Assembly: GCA_963705115.1 (NCBI GenBank)
Contig: CAVPIX010000016.1
Span: forward strand, 579,051 to 643,050
Reading direction: 5' to 3'
DNA length: 64,000 nucleotides
Origin: an uncultured delta proteobacterium
GTDB taxonomy: Bacteria > Desulfobacterota > Desulfobaccia > Desulfobaccales > 0-14-0-80-60-11
The notes under the pieces are model-generated. The model worked only from the letters and a program-made list of their open reading frames with translations, had not been told where the DNA came from and made no database searches. A program made the translations under genes and the position numbers. Below, in pieces: positions 28,111 to 38,584 of the stretch. Each line of letters opens with the position of its first letter. Within the stretch, counting starts at the first letter, position 1.

Positions 28111-29322
28111 TTACCTCGGCTGCTTCTCAGGGGCGGTCCCGGCCCCGGAACCGGCGGCCGGCCCCTCTTCAAAGGGCTTGGGGATGACCGGCAGCCCGGC
28201 TTTGACTTTCTGGATCCCCTCCACGATGACCCGTTCCCCAGGCTGAAGGCCCTCGGTTATCACCCACATGGAGCCGGTGCGCTCCCCCACCTTGACCCAG
28301 CGCAGGTCCACCTTGTTGTCCGGACCCACCACGGCCATCTGGTATCTCCCCTGGATTTCGGTGACCGCCCGCTGGGGCACCAGCAACGCCCCTTTCTGGG
28401 TTTCGATCAGGGCCCGCACCTTGGCGAACTGGCCCGGACGCAGGAGATTGCCGGGATTGGGGAAAAGAGCCGCCACCTTGATGGTGCCGGTGCCTTGGTC
28501 CACCTGGCGGTCGGCGAAAAAAAACTTGCCCTTGTGGGGAAAGACGGTGCCGTCAGCCAGGATAAGCTCCAGGTTGGCCTCTTTGGGTTGAGTGTTGTCC
28601 CTGGCTGCGCCCTCCCGTGTGAAACGCATATATTCCTGCTCACTAATGGGGATGTACACCTTGATGGGGTCCAGGACCGAAACGGTGGTGAGCTCGGGGC
28701 CTCCGGGTTTACCCACCAGGTCGCCGAGTTGCGCCTGGGCGATGCCGGCGATGCCCTCGATGGGGGAGGTGATCCTGGTGAAGCTGAGATCGATGTCGGC
28801 TTTGCGCACCGCAGCCTTGGCGGCCTGCACCGCCGCCCGGGCCGAAGCCTCCCGGCCGATGGCGTCATCCAGGTCTTTTTTGCTCACCGCGTTCACCGCC
28901 GCCAAAGGCCTGATCTTTTCCAGATTGGCCTTGGCGGTGTACAGTTGTCCATCAGCGACGGCCAGTTCCCCTTTAGCCTGCTCCAGGACCGCCTGGAAAG
29001 GCCGTTGGTCGATCTCAAAGAGGACCTGGCCCTTCTTCACCAAGGAGCCCTCCCGATAGTTCTGTTTGATGAGATACCCCTGAACCTGGGCATTGATTTT
29101 GGCGTTCACCAGGCCGTCGGTGGTGCCCACCCACTCCCGCACGATGGGCACGTCTTTAACCATCACATTGGCCACTTCCACCGTGGGCACGGGCGGAGGG
29201 GCGGGCTGTTTTTCCCCGCAGCCGCCCGCCAGGCCAATCCACAGGCAGGCTGCTGCCAGAACAGGAATAACATACTGGGCGCTCCGGGCCTCATGACTCC
29301 GACTCATAGGGCTTGACCTCAT
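28111..29322 (-). CDS. RND efflux periplasmic adaptor (membrane fusion protein) lipoprotein
   Basis: 403 aa; lipobox GLAGGC, coiled-coil hairpin and beta-barrel pattern (ADIDLSFTRITSPIEGIAG...). Start may be the ATG at 29307. Confidence 0.9.
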   Translation of the reverse strand: MRSSPMSRSHEARSAQYVIPVLAAACLWIGLAGGCGEKQPAPPPVPTVEVANVMVKDVPIVREWVGTTDGLVNAKINAQVQGYLIKQNYREGSLVKKGQVLFEIDQRPFQAVLEQAKGELAVADGQLYTAKANLEKIRPLAAVNAVSKKDLDDAIGREASARAAVQAAKAAVRKADIDLSFTRITSPIEGIAGIAQAQLGDLVGKPGGPELTTVSVLDPIKVYIPISEQEYMRFTREGAARDNTQPKEANLELILADGTVFPHKGKFFFADRQVDQGTGTIKVAALFPNPGNLLRPGQFAKVRALIETQKGALLVPQRAVTEIQGRYQMAVVGPDNKVDLRWVKVGERTGSMWVITEGLQPGERVIVEGIQKVKAGLPVIPKPFEEGPAAGSGAGTAPEKQPR

Positions 29323-29340
29323 ATCTTTCAGGATCTCAAA

Positions 29341-30033
29341 TCACGGTTTTTCTTTGGGGGACATAACCGCCAAGGCCACCAGCCGGGCGATGGTGATGGC
29401 CAGGAAAAGCTGGCCCGTCAGGGCCTCGAACATGGTCAACATCTTGGCCACCGGGTGGACCGGGGTGATATCGCCATACCCGGTCGTGGTCAAGGTGATG
29501 TAACTGAAATAGGTCAACTGCCGCTGGAGCGCGTCCGGATCGCTCCCAGCCAAATCTTCCGGCAGGCGAAAGGCCTGGGGGATGGTGAGGGCCACCACCT
29601 GGTAGAGCAGGGCCCATATAACCCCCAAAAGCAGGTATACTACGATGGCACCGCGAATCCGGTGACCGGTCACCGGCCCCTCCCCGAAGACCTGCATGCC
29701 CACTACGGCCACTAAGAACCCCGAAAAAATCAAGCTGAGGCTGGTATTCAGGACGTTCAAGGCGACCCCTGGCCGGAATTCCTCCACCCAGGTGAGGACC
29801 AGGATGGCCGCTGCCAGGATGATGGCGAAGCTGTGCAGCCACCGTTGTCTAAAGGTGGTCACCACCCCGGTGACAATGATGAGAGAAAAAAAGAGGCGGG
29901 CCAACAACCTGCCGAAACCGAACTCACCCAGGGAGTTAACGACGATGAGATACCCTACAAAAAAAATCAGCAAGCCGGTGAGACCGGTTTCGTCTGACCA
30001 GAAATGCCGGGGGTGGACCTTTTTAAGATTCAT
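29341..30033 (-). CDS. two-TM-type potassium channel protein
   Basis: 230 aa; K+ selectivity filter TLTTTGYGD, flanking TM helices. Confidence 0.85.
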   Translation of the reverse strand: MNLKKVHPRHFWSDETGLTGLLIFFVGYLIVVNSLGEFGFGRLLARLFFSLIIVTGVVTTFRQRWLHSFAIILAAAILVLTWVEEFRPGVALNVLNTSLSLIFSGFLVAVVGMQVFGEGPVTGHRIRGAIVVYLLLGVIWALLYQVVALTIPQAFRLPEDLAGSDPDALQRQLTYFSYITLTTTGYGDITPVHPVAKMLTMFEALTGQLFLAITIARLVALAVMSPKEKP

Positions 30034-30199
30034 GGGTATTTTTTAGCGGTCGCTTCACGTCCCCTATAATACCAAGATCAGGTTGAGATACAATAACTCA
30101 TGTCGTTAACTTACTGATACCTAATAACTATTCAACCGATACCAAATACCATAGAACACGGTCGGACCAAAGGTAAAGCCAGACCCTGACCTTCCTCCC

Positions 30200-31285
30200 C
30201 TACTTGGAGCCGGGCAAGAAATAAAACATGATGGCCATAATGACATAAACCGCAATTAACTGCACTCCTTTAAACCAGTTGGCTTTGCCGTCTCCCGCCA
30301 CCATGGCCCCGATCAACACGGTAAAAAAGACGGTCCACAACAGGGTCGGGTTAAAAACCAGATTGAGGGGCTGGGGGGCCATGAAGTAGCTGGCCAGCAC
30401 CAAGACCGGGGCCACGAACAAGGCTATCTGGATGGAGCTGCCGATGGCTATGGAAACGCTGAGGTCCACGCGGTTTTTCACTGCCATGACCACGGCCGAG
30501 CTGCTCTCTGCCGCGCCGCCCACTACCGCGATAACCACGATGCCGATAAAGGCCTGGGACATGTGAAGGGCCTTGGCGGTTTCCTCCACCGCGCCCACCA
30601 GAATCTCGCTCATGAAGGCCACCAGGATAGAGGTCAAGAGAAGAGTGGCCGCGGCCCGGGTCAGGCTCCATTTTCCTTCGTGGCCGGGTTCGCCGCTCTC
30701 TCCCATGCTTTCAAAAAAATCGGGGTGGGTTTTCAACATGAAAACCAGGCTCAAAAAATAAGTGACCAGCAGCACCACCGCCACGGCCAGGCTGACGTAT
30801 TGTTCATGCTTGATGGTGTCGGCGGTGACAAAGTTGTGGAACGTGCTGGGAATGGCCAGGCTGATGACCGCGAGCAACATCATGGTCATGTAATTGCGGG
30901 TGGCTGCCGGATTAAACTCCTGCACGTGGCGTTTCAGTCCACCCAAGAGAAAAGCGGTCCCCAGCCCTAAGAGCATGTTGGCCAGGATGGCGCCGATGAT
31001 GGAGGCCTTGACCATTTCGTACAGCCCGGCCTTGAGGGCCACAAGCGCGATGATGAGCTCCGGGGCATTGCCGAAGGTGGCGTTCAGGAGGCCGCCGATG
31101 GTGTCCCCCGTGTAGGTGGCCAACTGCTCGGTGGCCTGCACCAAAAGCGCCGCCAGGGGGAAGATGGCCAGCGCGGCCAGGAAAAACAGCGCCGGCTGGG
31201 GCACGCCGCCCACCCGGTCAAGGACGATGGTCAAGGGGATGAGAAGCAGGGCCAGCCCGAACAATATTTTTTGCAGGTTCTTCAT
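30200..31285 (-). CDS. calcium/proton exchanger (CaCA family, CAX/ChaA-like)
   Basis: 361 aa; two alpha-repeat signatures GNAPELIIALVA and GGAAESSSAVVMA. Confidence 0.9.
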   Translation of the reverse strand: MKNLQKILFGLALLLIPLTIVLDRVGGVPQPALFFLAALAIFPLAALLVQATEQLATYTGDTIGGLLNATFGNAPELIIALVALKAGLYEMVKASIIGAILANMLLGLGTAFLLGGLKRHVQEFNPAATRNYMTMMLLAVISLAIPSTFHNFVTADTIKHEQYVSLAVAVVLLVTYFLSLVFMLKTHPDFFESMGESGEPGHEGKWSLTRAAATLLLTSILVAFMSEILVGAVEETAKALHMSQAFIGIVVIAVVGGAAESSSAVVMAVKNRVDLSVSIAIGSSIQIALFVAPVLVLASYFMAPQPLNLVFNPTLLWTVFFTVLIGAMVAGDGKANWFKGVQLIAVYVIMAIMFYFLPGSK

Positions 31286-31426
31286 AGCATTTTATCCCTG
31301 AGCTATCTAGCCCAGCCTTAGGCAACACCAAGAGCGTGAAGCGGATCATGGCTTGCCTGCCATGATCTCCGCCATGGTTTTTTCCGGGGGGCGCACCAAA
31401 CCCCTGATGATGAGAACCACCAGGGC

Positions 31427-31711
31427 CTAGTCGCCGGCATTGACCACCTGGCGAGAGACCCGGGGCGGAATAATCAACGTGGTGTTGGGGGCAAGATTAA
31501 AGCTGTCCTGATCTATAACGGCGCGTCCAACTCCTTGGAGGGTTATACAGACAACCTCGCCATAATGTTGGCCAACCGGGGATTCTGACCCGGGAGGCAG
31601 GGTGAGAAGCCAGACCTCCAGGGTTTTTAAACCCTGCCTTTCTCCCGCCAGGGTTTGGTGGACCAAGCCCATGAGAGGAATTTTATCGACGTTGGCGTTT
31701 TCTATGAGCAT
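31427..31711 (-). CDS. cupin-domain protein, apparently truncated by an in-frame TAG (reading frame continues 28 codons to 31346)
   Basis: 94 aa with cupin beta-barrel pattern. After TAG (31427-31429) the same frame reads ALVVLIIRGLVRPPEKTMAEIMAGKP*, which looks like the missing last strand. Confidence 0.7.
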   Translation of the reverse strand: MLIENANVDKIPLMGLVHQTLAGERQGLKTLEVWLLTLPPGSESPVGQHYGEVVCITLQGVGRAVIDQDSFNLAPNTTLIIPPRVSRQVVNAGD

Positions 31712-31799
31712 CTATTACCGTCTCCCTTTGTCAATATGGGACAGGGAACTTTTTAAAACAAGGGGAAAGGCTTGCTCTCCGGCTGGAAATGATTAGGGT

Positions 31800-32936
31800 A
31801 TGGGTATTATGGGAAAACATCTGGTTTTAGTGGGCGCGGGACATGCTCACCTGACCTGTCTGAAAAGCCTCCCGGACTTTGTCTCCCGGGGGCATCAGGT
31901 GACGGTCATCGGGCCAGCCATTCACCATTATTATTCCGGCATGGGGCCGGGCATGTTGGGCCAGACTTACCGGCCCCAGGAAATCCGCTTTAACAGTCAA
32001 CGGATGGCCGAAGCCGGGGGAGCCCGCTATGTCATGGGGATGGTGTCCCGGGTGCAGCCCCGGGAGCGGCGGCTGGTGCTGGCTTCGGGGGAGGAAATCG
32101 CTTATGACGCAGTGTCCTTCAACATCGGCAGCGGCATCCCCAAAGAGAAAGTCGATATCCAGGACGACGCCAACGTCTTCACCGTCAAGCCCATTGAACA
32201 GCTCCGCCGGGCCCAGGAGGCCATTTTGGGGCGCGTCGGGGCCAAGCCGCTGGCAGCGGTGGTGGTGGGAGGCGGGCCTGCAGGGGTGGAGATTGCCGGC
32301 AACCTCTGGCGCCTGGTAACCAATAACCAAGGGACCGTCAACCTCACCCTGGTGGCCGGGCGGCGGCTCATGGCCGATTTTCCCGACAAGGTGCGGGGGC
32401 TGGCCCTGGCCTCTTTTCAAGGCCGGGGCATCCGCGTCCTGGAAGGCGCGCATCTCCAGGAGATTCAGGCCGGCCGGGCCGTGCTCGCCAACGGCCAGGA
32501 ATTGCCCTTTGATTTCCTCTTTCTGGCCCTGGGTGTGAAGCCCCCCAGCCTGTTTCAGGATTCCGGCCTGCCCACTGGACCGGACGGCGGTCTCCTGGTA
32601 AATGAATGCCTGCAATCCGCGGCCTTTCCGGAGATATTCGGCGGGGGCGATTGTATTTATTTCCAGCCCCAACCTCTGGATAAGGTGGGGGTCTACGCGG
32701 TGCGGCAAAACCCAGTGTTGCGGGACAACCTCATGGCCGCCCTGGAGGGCCGCCAGTTCACACCTTTCCGCCCCGGCGGCGCCTATCTTCTCATCTTCAA
32801 TCTGGGAAACGGGCGTGGAATTTTTACGAAAAAACCACTGGTCTTTGACGGCCGCCCGGCTTTCTGGCTGAAAGATTTCATCGACCGCCGCTTCATGCGC
32901 AGCTTTCAGATATCGGGGGAACTGAACGAGGTGTGA
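31800..32936 (+). CDS. FAD-dependent pyridine nucleotide-disulfide oxidoreductase family protein
   Basis: 378 aa; N-terminal dinucleotide fold KHLVLVGAGHAH, second fold AAVVVGGGPAGVEIAG, FGGGDC near the C-terminal third. Confidence 0.8.
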   Translation: MGIMGKHLVLVGAGHAHLTCLKSLPDFVSRGHQVTVIGPAIHHYYSGMGPGMLGQTYRPQEIRFNSQRMAEAGGARYVMGMVSRVQPRERRLVLASGEEIAYDAVSFNIGSGIPKEKVDIQDDANVFTVKPIEQLRRAQEAILGRVGAKPLAAVVVGGGPAGVEIAGNLWRLVTNNQGTVNLTLVAGRRLMADFPDKVRGLALASFQGRGIRVLEGAHLQEIQAGRAVLANGQELPFDFLFLALGVKPPSLFQDSGLPTGPDGGLLVNECLQSAAFPEIFGGGDCIYFQPQPLDKVGVYAVRQNPVLRDNLMAALEGRQFTPFRPGGAYLLIFNLGNGRGIFTKKPLVFDGRPAFWLKDFIDRRFMRSFQISGELNEV

Positions 32937-32947
32937 TGGGTATCCGA

Positions 32948-33175
32948 TTATTCCCTTTGCTCCGCAGAGGGAATAAAGTTGTTCACGTGGGGGGATGGCC
33001 AGGGACCTAAGGTCCCTGCCCTCCCCCCACACCCCCCTCCCAACCCGCAGATGGTACGAGAAAGGCGGGGCCAAAGCCCCGCCTTTCTCGGGAAATACTC
33101 CCCTTAAGGGATTGGGGGTGGGGGTGCGGGGGAGGGGGTAAGGGCTTGCAGCCCTTAGCATCCTTCCCCGCTAAG
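32948..33175. repeat. MITE-like element copy lacking the right terminal repeat
   Basis: Starts TTATTCCCTTTGCTCCGCAGAG, then GGCCAGGGACCTAAGGTCCCTGCCC, CCCCCCACACCCCCCTCCCAACCCGCAG, central hairpin GAGAAAGGCGGGGCCAAAGCCCCGCCTTTCTC, GGGATTGGGGGTGGGGGTGCGGGGGAGGG, GGGCTTGCAGCCC. Confidence 0.75.
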
Positions 33176-33184
33176 CTTCGAAAT

Positions 33185-33742
33185 TTAGAGACTGTAAGCT
33201 CCCAACCCGCTCTCAGAATCCCGAACCATACCAATTTTCCCCTCCCGCAATTCCGCCAAAACCACCTCATCCGTGGGGAAGGCCAGGGGCGCCGGCGGAC
33301 TCGTCAGCGGGAAAAAGTCCACCCGGTCCAGGTCGTCCGCCGGCGCGAGAGTCCCAGCCACCACCTGGCCGGCAAACCAGAGGCCCACGGTAAGGCGTTC
33401 CGGGTCGTGAAAGTTGGATTGCACGGACAGGATGGGGCCCAACTCCACGATAAGGCCGGTTTCCTCCTGAAATTCCCGCACCGCCGCGTTCCGCACCTCC
33501 TCACCCCATTCCACATAGCCGCAGGGGATGCACCAGTGCCCGGCGTAAGGCCCCCCTGTGCGCCGGCCCCAAAGAATGTCCTTACCCCGACGCACCACCA
33601 CCGCCACCCCCACCGCAGGGTTCAGGTAGAGGATCTGGCGGCAATGTTTGCAGACCAGGCGCGGGTGGCCGCCTCTTACTTCGTTGGCCAAAAGCCCCCC
33701 GCAACAGGGGCAAAAACGATAATGCGAAGGGGTGCAGGACAC
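33185..33742 (-). CDS. NUDIX hydrolase with N-terminal zinc-ribbon
   Basis: NUDIX box GYVEWGEEVRNAAVREFQEETGL; N-terminal CPCCGG...CKHC. GTG at 33742 proposed as start. The track ORF's further 60 N-terminal codons lie in repeat sequence. Confidence 0.8.
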   Translation of the reverse strand: MSCTPSHYRFCPCCGGLLANEVRGGHPRLVCKHCRQILYLNPAVGVAVVVRRGKDILWGRRTGGPYAGHWCIPCGYVEWGEEVRNAAVREFQEETGLIVELGPILSVQSNFHDPERLTVGLWFAGQVVAGTLAPADDLDRVDFFPLTSPPAPLAFPTDEVVLAELREGKIGMVRDSESGLGAYSL

Positions 33743-34145
33743 ATATTTGTCAATGAAAGGTGGGAAAGGAATCCTGGAAGTGCCGGCCCAGCCTGGAAGC
33801 CTGTGCCACCGGCCCCTGCCCTCTCTCCGAAAATCAGGCTCCTGCCTTAAGCGGGAGGACAGGCGTCCCGCCTTTGCACACAGGCATAAAGCCTGGCCTT
33901 CCCCCACTAAGACCGGTAGCACGGCATCCTGCCCGTGCCGGACGGGTTGGCGCCTCTCAAATAGTTAAAAGACGGTGAGGGGGGGTCTCGCCCGCCATCA
34001 TGGCGCGCAGTGCGCACCCCTCCCCACTTGGAACCTTCCTTGCACTTTGAACTTTTCCAAGCACCCACACTATAATTGAGGTTGCAAGGAAGGGCAAATT
34101 CATTTACAAAAAGCGAGGTTTCTTTGCTTTTCGGGGGATAATGGC

Positions 34146-36185
34146 GTGGCGCCGGGTGTAAAGCTGCAAAACCTCCGCAACATCGGGATCATCGCTCACA
34201 TTGACGCGGGGAAGACCACCCTCACCGAGCGCATCCTCTATTATACGGGCCGCACCCACAAGATGGGGGAAGTGCACGACGGCGCGGCCACCATGGATTG
34301 GATGCCCGAAGAGCAGGAGCGGGGCATTACCATCACCGCGGCGGTGACCACCTGCCACTGGAAAAACGCGGTGTTCAATCTCATCGACACGCCGGGGCAT
34401 GTGGACTTCACCATTGAGGTGGAGCGCTCCCTCCGGGTCCTGGACGGGGCCATCGGGGTCTTCGACGGGGTGGCCGGGGTGGAGCCCCAGTCTGAGACGG
34501 TGTGGCACCAGGCCGACCGTTACCGGGTCCCCAAGCTGGCCTTCATCAACAAGATGGACCGGCCCGGGGCTAATTTCTGGGCGTCCATAGAGAGTCTGAA
34601 GGAAAAGTTGGGGGTCCACCCCCTCATCCTCACCATTCCCTGGGGTGAGGCGGACCAGTTCGGGGGGGTCATTGATGTTCTGCACCTGAAGGCCATCCGC
34701 TGGCGGGAGGAAACCTTGGGGGCCGAATTCGATGAACTGGAGATCCCCGCCGACCTCCAGGAAGAGGCCCTGCAGCGCCGGGAAGCCCTGGTGGAGGCCC
34801 TGGCCGAAGTGGACGACCAACTGCTGGAAGACTTTCTGGCTGAAAAACCTTTGGGTTTGGATGATCTTAAGGCCGCCATTCATCGAGTCACCCTGGGTTT
34901 GAAGGGGGTGCCGGTTTATTGCGGCGCGGCCCTGCGCAACAAGGGCATCCATCCTCTGCTGGACGGCATCAGGGACTTTCTGCCCAACCCCATGGAAGTG
35001 CCGCCCATCCGGGGCGAAAACCCACGGACGGGGAAAACCGAGACCCGGGAAGCGGAACTGGACGCCCCTCTGGCCGGCCTGGCTTTTAAGATTCAGGTGG
35101 ACCAAAGCCAGCGTCTCACCTATGTGCGCCTCTATTCCGGGCGCCTCAAGGTGGGCCAGGAGATTTTCAACCCCGTGAAAGGGGTCACCGAAAAAGTGTC
35201 CCGCATCCTGGGCATGCACGCCAACAAACGGGAGCGCCTGGAGGAGGCCCTGGCCGGCAGCATCGTGGCCTTGATGGGCCTCAAGGTGGCCACCACCGGG
35301 GACACCTTGTGCGACCAGGACCATCCCATCATCCTTGAACAAATTTCCTCTTATGTCCCGGTAATTTCCCTGGCCATCGAGCCCGAAACCCGGGAAGACC
35401 AGGAGCGCCTGGGGCCGGTCCTGACCCGCTTGGCGGAAGAGGATCCCAGTCTCGGAATCACCACCGACGAAGAGACCGGTCAGACTCTCCTTTCCGGCAT
35501 GGGGGAACTGCACCTGGAAGTGACCCTGCACCGTTTGGAGCGGGATTTCAACACGCGCCTCAGGGCCGGGCGGCCCCAGGTGGTGTATCGGGAAACCATT
35601 ACCGAAACCGCCTCAGGGACGGGGAGCTTTGACCGGGAGTTGGCGGGCAAGCAGCATTTCGCCCAGGTAAAGCTCGGCGTCCGGCCGCGCTCCCGGGGGC
35701 GGGGCATCCTGTTTTTCTCCGGCCTCCCGGAAGAACACCCCGCCCAAGGCTATGTACCGGTGATCAAGCAGGCGGTGGAGGAGGCCATGGAAGGCGGCCC
35801 CATCTACGGCCACCCCGCAGTGGACATCGCCGTCACCCTGGAAGACGCGGTCGTCAAAGAAGGCCAGGCCTCGGAAATGGCCTTCCGCATCGCCACCATG
35901 GCTGCGGTGAAAGCGGCCATGCAGGAGGGCCGGCCCCTGCTCCTGGAGCCCATCATGAAAGTGGAAATCATCGCCCCGGAGGAATTCACCGGGGAGGTGC
36001 TGGGGGACCTCCACGCCCGCAAGGGGAAAACCGAGCAACTGGCGGCCAAGGGGCCGGTGCGCCTCGTTACGGCCCGTGCCCCCCTGGCCGAAATGTTCGG
36101 CTACGCCACCACCCTGCGCTCCCTCACCCAGGGCCGGGGCACCTTTACCCTGCAGTTCGACCATTACGGGAAGGTGGAGCGGTAG
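34146..36185 (+). CDS. fusA: elongation factor G (stand-alone copy, not in an rpsL-rpsG-fusA-tuf context)
   Basis: 679 aa; G1 [10 protein letters not shown]3 DTPGHVDF, G4 NKMD, domains II-V recognisable. Confidence 0.9.
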   Translation: MAPGVKLQNLRNIGIIAHIDAGKTTLTERILYYTGRTHKMGEVHDGAATMDWMPEEQERGITITAAVTTCHWKNAVFNLIDTPGHVDFTIEVERSLRVLDGAIGVFDGVAGVEPQSETVWHQADRYRVPKLAFINKMDRPGANFWASIESLKEKLGVHPLILTIPWGEADQFGGVIDVLHLKAIRWREETLGAEFDELEIPADLQEEALQRREALVEALAEVDDQLLEDFLAEKPLGLDDLKAAIHRVTLGLKGVPVYCGAALRNKGIHPLLDGIRDFLPNPMEVPPIRGENPRTGKTETREAELDAPLAGLAFKIQVDQSQRLTYVRLYSGRLKVGQEIFNPVKGVTEKVSRILGMHANKRERLEEALAGSIVALMGLKVATTGDTLCDQDHPIILEQISSYVPVISLAIEPETREDQERLGPVLTRLAEEDPSLGITTDEETGQTLLSGMGELHLEVTLHRLERDFNTRLRAGRPQVVYRETITETASGTGSFDRELAGKQHFAQVKLGVRPRSRGRGILFFSGLPEEHPAQGYVPVIKQAVEEAMEGGPIYGHPAVDIAVTLEDAVVKEGQASEMAFRIATMAAVKAAMQEGRPLLLEPIMKVEIIAPEEFTGEVLGDLHARKGKTEQLAAKGPVRLVTARAPLAEMFGYATTLRSLTQGRGTFTLQFDHYGKVER

Positions 36186-36190
36186 CTTGC

Positions 36191-36252
36191 GGGAGGAGGG
36201 CCAGGGACCGACGATCCCTGCCCTCCCCCCACACCCCCCTCCCAACCCGCAG
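36191..36252. repeat. partial copy (first modules) of the MITE-like element
   Basis: GGGAGGAGGGCCAGGGACCGACGATCCCTGCCCTCCCCCCACACCCCCCTCCCAACCCGCAG, starting 6 nt after the EF-G stop. Confidence 0.7.
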
Positions 36253-36515
36253 ATACTTGGCGGCTAACAGCGAGGGTTTCAACCAAATGTCCCAATGAAG
36301 TTGGCTATTTAGCAGGATTGGGGAAAGAGTTTTGTTTTTTAAAAGATAAAACCTTGCGTTACCTTCATACCGATTTAGTAGGCAAACTTTATAAAGATTT
36401 TGATCCACAAAATCCAGACGAAACAATTCCGCCTAATTTGATAAAATCCTTACAAGATAAAGGGATATCCTAAGGCATGAAAGCTTTATCAAAAAACTAT
36501 CCAGAGAGTTAAGTT

Positions 36516-36935
36516 ATGGCAACCGAAAGAACATTATCCCTCATCAAGCCCGACGGCGTGTCCCGGGGTCTCATGGGCGAGGTCATCGGCCGTTTTGAGA
36601 AAGCGGGCCTGAAAATCCGGGCCCTGAAAATGATTCACCTCACCCGGGAACAGGCCCGGGGGTTTTATGCGGTTCATAAGGAGCGGCCCTTTTTTGACAG
36701 CCTCACCGCGTTCATGAGCTCCGGCCCCATTCTCGCCATGATCCTGGAGGGCGACAACGCCATTCAGAAAAACCGGGACCTCATGGGGGCCACCGACTAC
36801 CGGCAGGCAAAGCCTGGGACCATCCGGGCCGATTTCGCCCGGGACATCGAGGCCAATATCGTCCACGGCTCGGACGGGCCCGATACCGCCAGGACCGAAA
36901 TCGCCTTTTTTTTCAATGCCCTGGAAATAGTATAA
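36516..36935 (+). CDS. ndk: nucleoside-diphosphate kinase
   Basis: 139 aa; [12 protein letters not shown]..., active-site NIVHGSD. Confidence 0.95.
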   Translation: MATERTLSLIKPDGVSRGLMGEVIGRFEKAGLKIRALKMIHLTREQARGFYAVHKERPFFDSLTAFMSSGPILAMILEGDNAIQKNRDLMGATDYRQAKPGTIRADFARDIEANIVHGSDGPDTARTEIAFFFNALEIV

Positions 36936-36940
36936 TTCGA

Positions 36941-37153
36941 TTATCTCTTTTGCTCCGCAAAAGGCATAAATTAGCGGGGGAGGGGGCTAAGGGCCGGCGG
37001 GCCCTTACCCCCTCCCCCACACCCCCTCCCCCAATCCCTTAAGGGGTTTATATAGTGTATGGGGCCAGGCCTAAGGCCCGGCCCCATACAACCTCTATAG
37101 CGGGTTGGGAGGGGGGTGTGGGGGGAGGCCAGGGACCTCAGGTCCCTGGCCCT
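36941..37153. repeat. MITE-like element copy in inverted orientation, with a different central hairpin
   Basis: TTATCTCTTTTGCTCCGCAAAAGGCATAA..., GGGGGAGGGGGCTAAGGGCCGGCGGGCCCTTACCCCCTCCCCC..., central TATAGTGTATGGGGCCAGGCCTAAGGCCCGGCCCCATACAACCTCTATA, GGGTTGGGAGGGGGGTGTGGGGGG, GGCCAGGGACCTCAGGTCCCTGGCC. Confidence 0.7.
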
Positions 37154-37184
37154 TCACCCACAACTCCATCCGGTTGATAATCCC

Positions 37185-38210
37185 ATGACTCGCCCTCCAT
37201 CCGGTGAAATTGAACTTATCCAGCGCCTGGCCGCCATCTTCGGGGCTGCGCCTCCGGGAGTGGCCCTGGGGATTGCCGACGACTGCGCCGCCCTGGACCT
37301 GGGGGGGCCGGATTATCTGCTGTGGACCGTAGACACCCTGATTGAGGGAGTCCACTTCGACCTGGCCTCCATCTCCCTGCACCAGTTGGGCAGAAAATCC
37401 CTGGCCGTGAATTTAAGCGACATTGCGGCCATGGGCGGGGAGGCCCTGTATGCGCTCCTGTCACTGGGGTGGCCGCCGGACCGGGATTTGGCTCAAGCCC
37501 TGGAATTCGGCCAGGGGTTGGCGGCCTGCGCCCGGGATTACGGGACCGCGGTCATCGGCGGGGATACGGTGTCCTCCCCGTTGGGGCTGGCCATTACCCT
37601 GACGGTCCTGGGCCAGGTGCCCAAAAACCAGATGCTGCGGCGATCCGGGGCCCGGCTCGGCGATCTGGTCTATGTCACCGGCCCTTTGGGGGAATCAGCC
37701 GCAGGGCTGGAAATTTTGGGGCGCCAGTTAGAGATAGACCCGGCCCTGTCCCAGCCCCTAATCAGGGCGCACCTCGATCCTAAGCCCCAGTTAGCAGCAG
37801 GCCGCGTCTTGGCCCAGCAGGGTTTGGCCACCGCCTGCATCGACCTTTCGGACGGGGTGGCTTCCGACCTCAGGCACATCTGCCGGCTGAGCCGGGTGGG
37901 CGCATGCTTGTTCGCAGAGAACCTGCCTATTGCCGAAGGGGTCAGGGCCGTGGCCCGGATGGTGGGCCAGGACCCGGAGGAGTTGGCCCTGCAGGGAGGG
38001 GAGGATTATCAGCTCCTAATCACATGTGCTCCGGAGCAGGCCCCCAATCTTGCCGCAGTTTTTGCGCAAGCCGGGCTCGAAGCTCCCATCCGGATCGGCG
38101 AAATCGTCCCCGGAGACGAACTGATTTTAATTATTGGAAAAAGAGAAAAAATCATCTCGGGGTCGGGATACGAACATTTCCGACTTGACCCCAGGAAAAG
38201 TTCGGATTAA
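37185..38210 (+). CDS. thiL: thiamine-monophosphate kinase
   Basis: 341 aa from ATG 37185; GEIELIQRL..., DDCAAL, AIR-synthase-like N and C domains (NLSDIAAMGG). Upstream 23 codons of the track ORF are repeat sequence. Confidence 0.9.
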   Translation: MTRPPSGEIELIQRLAAIFGAAPPGVALGIADDCAALDLGGPDYLLWTVDTLIEGVHFDLASISLHQLGRKSLAVNLSDIAAMGGEALYALLSLGWPPDRDLAQALEFGQGLAACARDYGTAVIGGDTVSSPLGLAITLTVLGQVPKNQMLRRSGARLGDLVYVTGPLGESAAGLEILGRQLEIDPALSQPLIRAHLDPKPQLAAGRVLAQQGLATACIDLSDGVASDLRHICRLSRVGACLFAENLPIAEGVRAVARMVGQDPEELALQGGEDYQLLITCAPEQAPNLAAVFAQAGLEAPIRIGEIVPGDELILIIGKREKIISGSGYEHFRLDPRKSSD

Positions 38211-38211
38211 C

Positions 38212-38460
38212 ATGCGAAAAATTAATTGCAACCTAACACCAAATTTCCAACCCATGCCCGTAAACAACGAAAAAAACCAGTTAAGGGTTTGCTGCACCTG
38301 TGGATACTGGTCCTTCCAGCACAAGGGCTTCTGCCACCGCCTCGAGCAGGGGGCCGGCAAGTTCTGGATGTGCGAGGACTGGCGCCATGGCGCAGCCGAA
38401 GCCGAAGATTCCCTCCCCGACGCCCTGAACACCGCCCAGGTCGGGGGCGCCCTGGGGTAA
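38212..38460 (+). CDS. small Cys/Trp-containing protein (82 aa), CxxCxYW...GxC pattern
   Basis: MRKINCNLTPNFQPMPVNNEKNQLRVCCTCGYWSFQHKGFCHRLEQGAGKFWMCEDWRH...; ATG 1 nt after the thiL stop. No family call. Confidence 0.4.
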   Translation: MRKINCNLTPNFQPMPVNNEKNQLRVCCTCGYWSFQHKGFCHRLEQGAGKFWMCEDWRHGAAEAEDSLPDALNTAQVGGALG

Positions 38461-38584
38461 GGGACACCGGTTTTCCCGGCGGCTTCAAAACCTGAATCTT
38501 CGTTTTCTTAGACACCCAGAGCCATCCTCAGGGCGGGATATTCCTGGCCCATATAACTCACATCGGCTGCGGGAGGTGCTCAGC

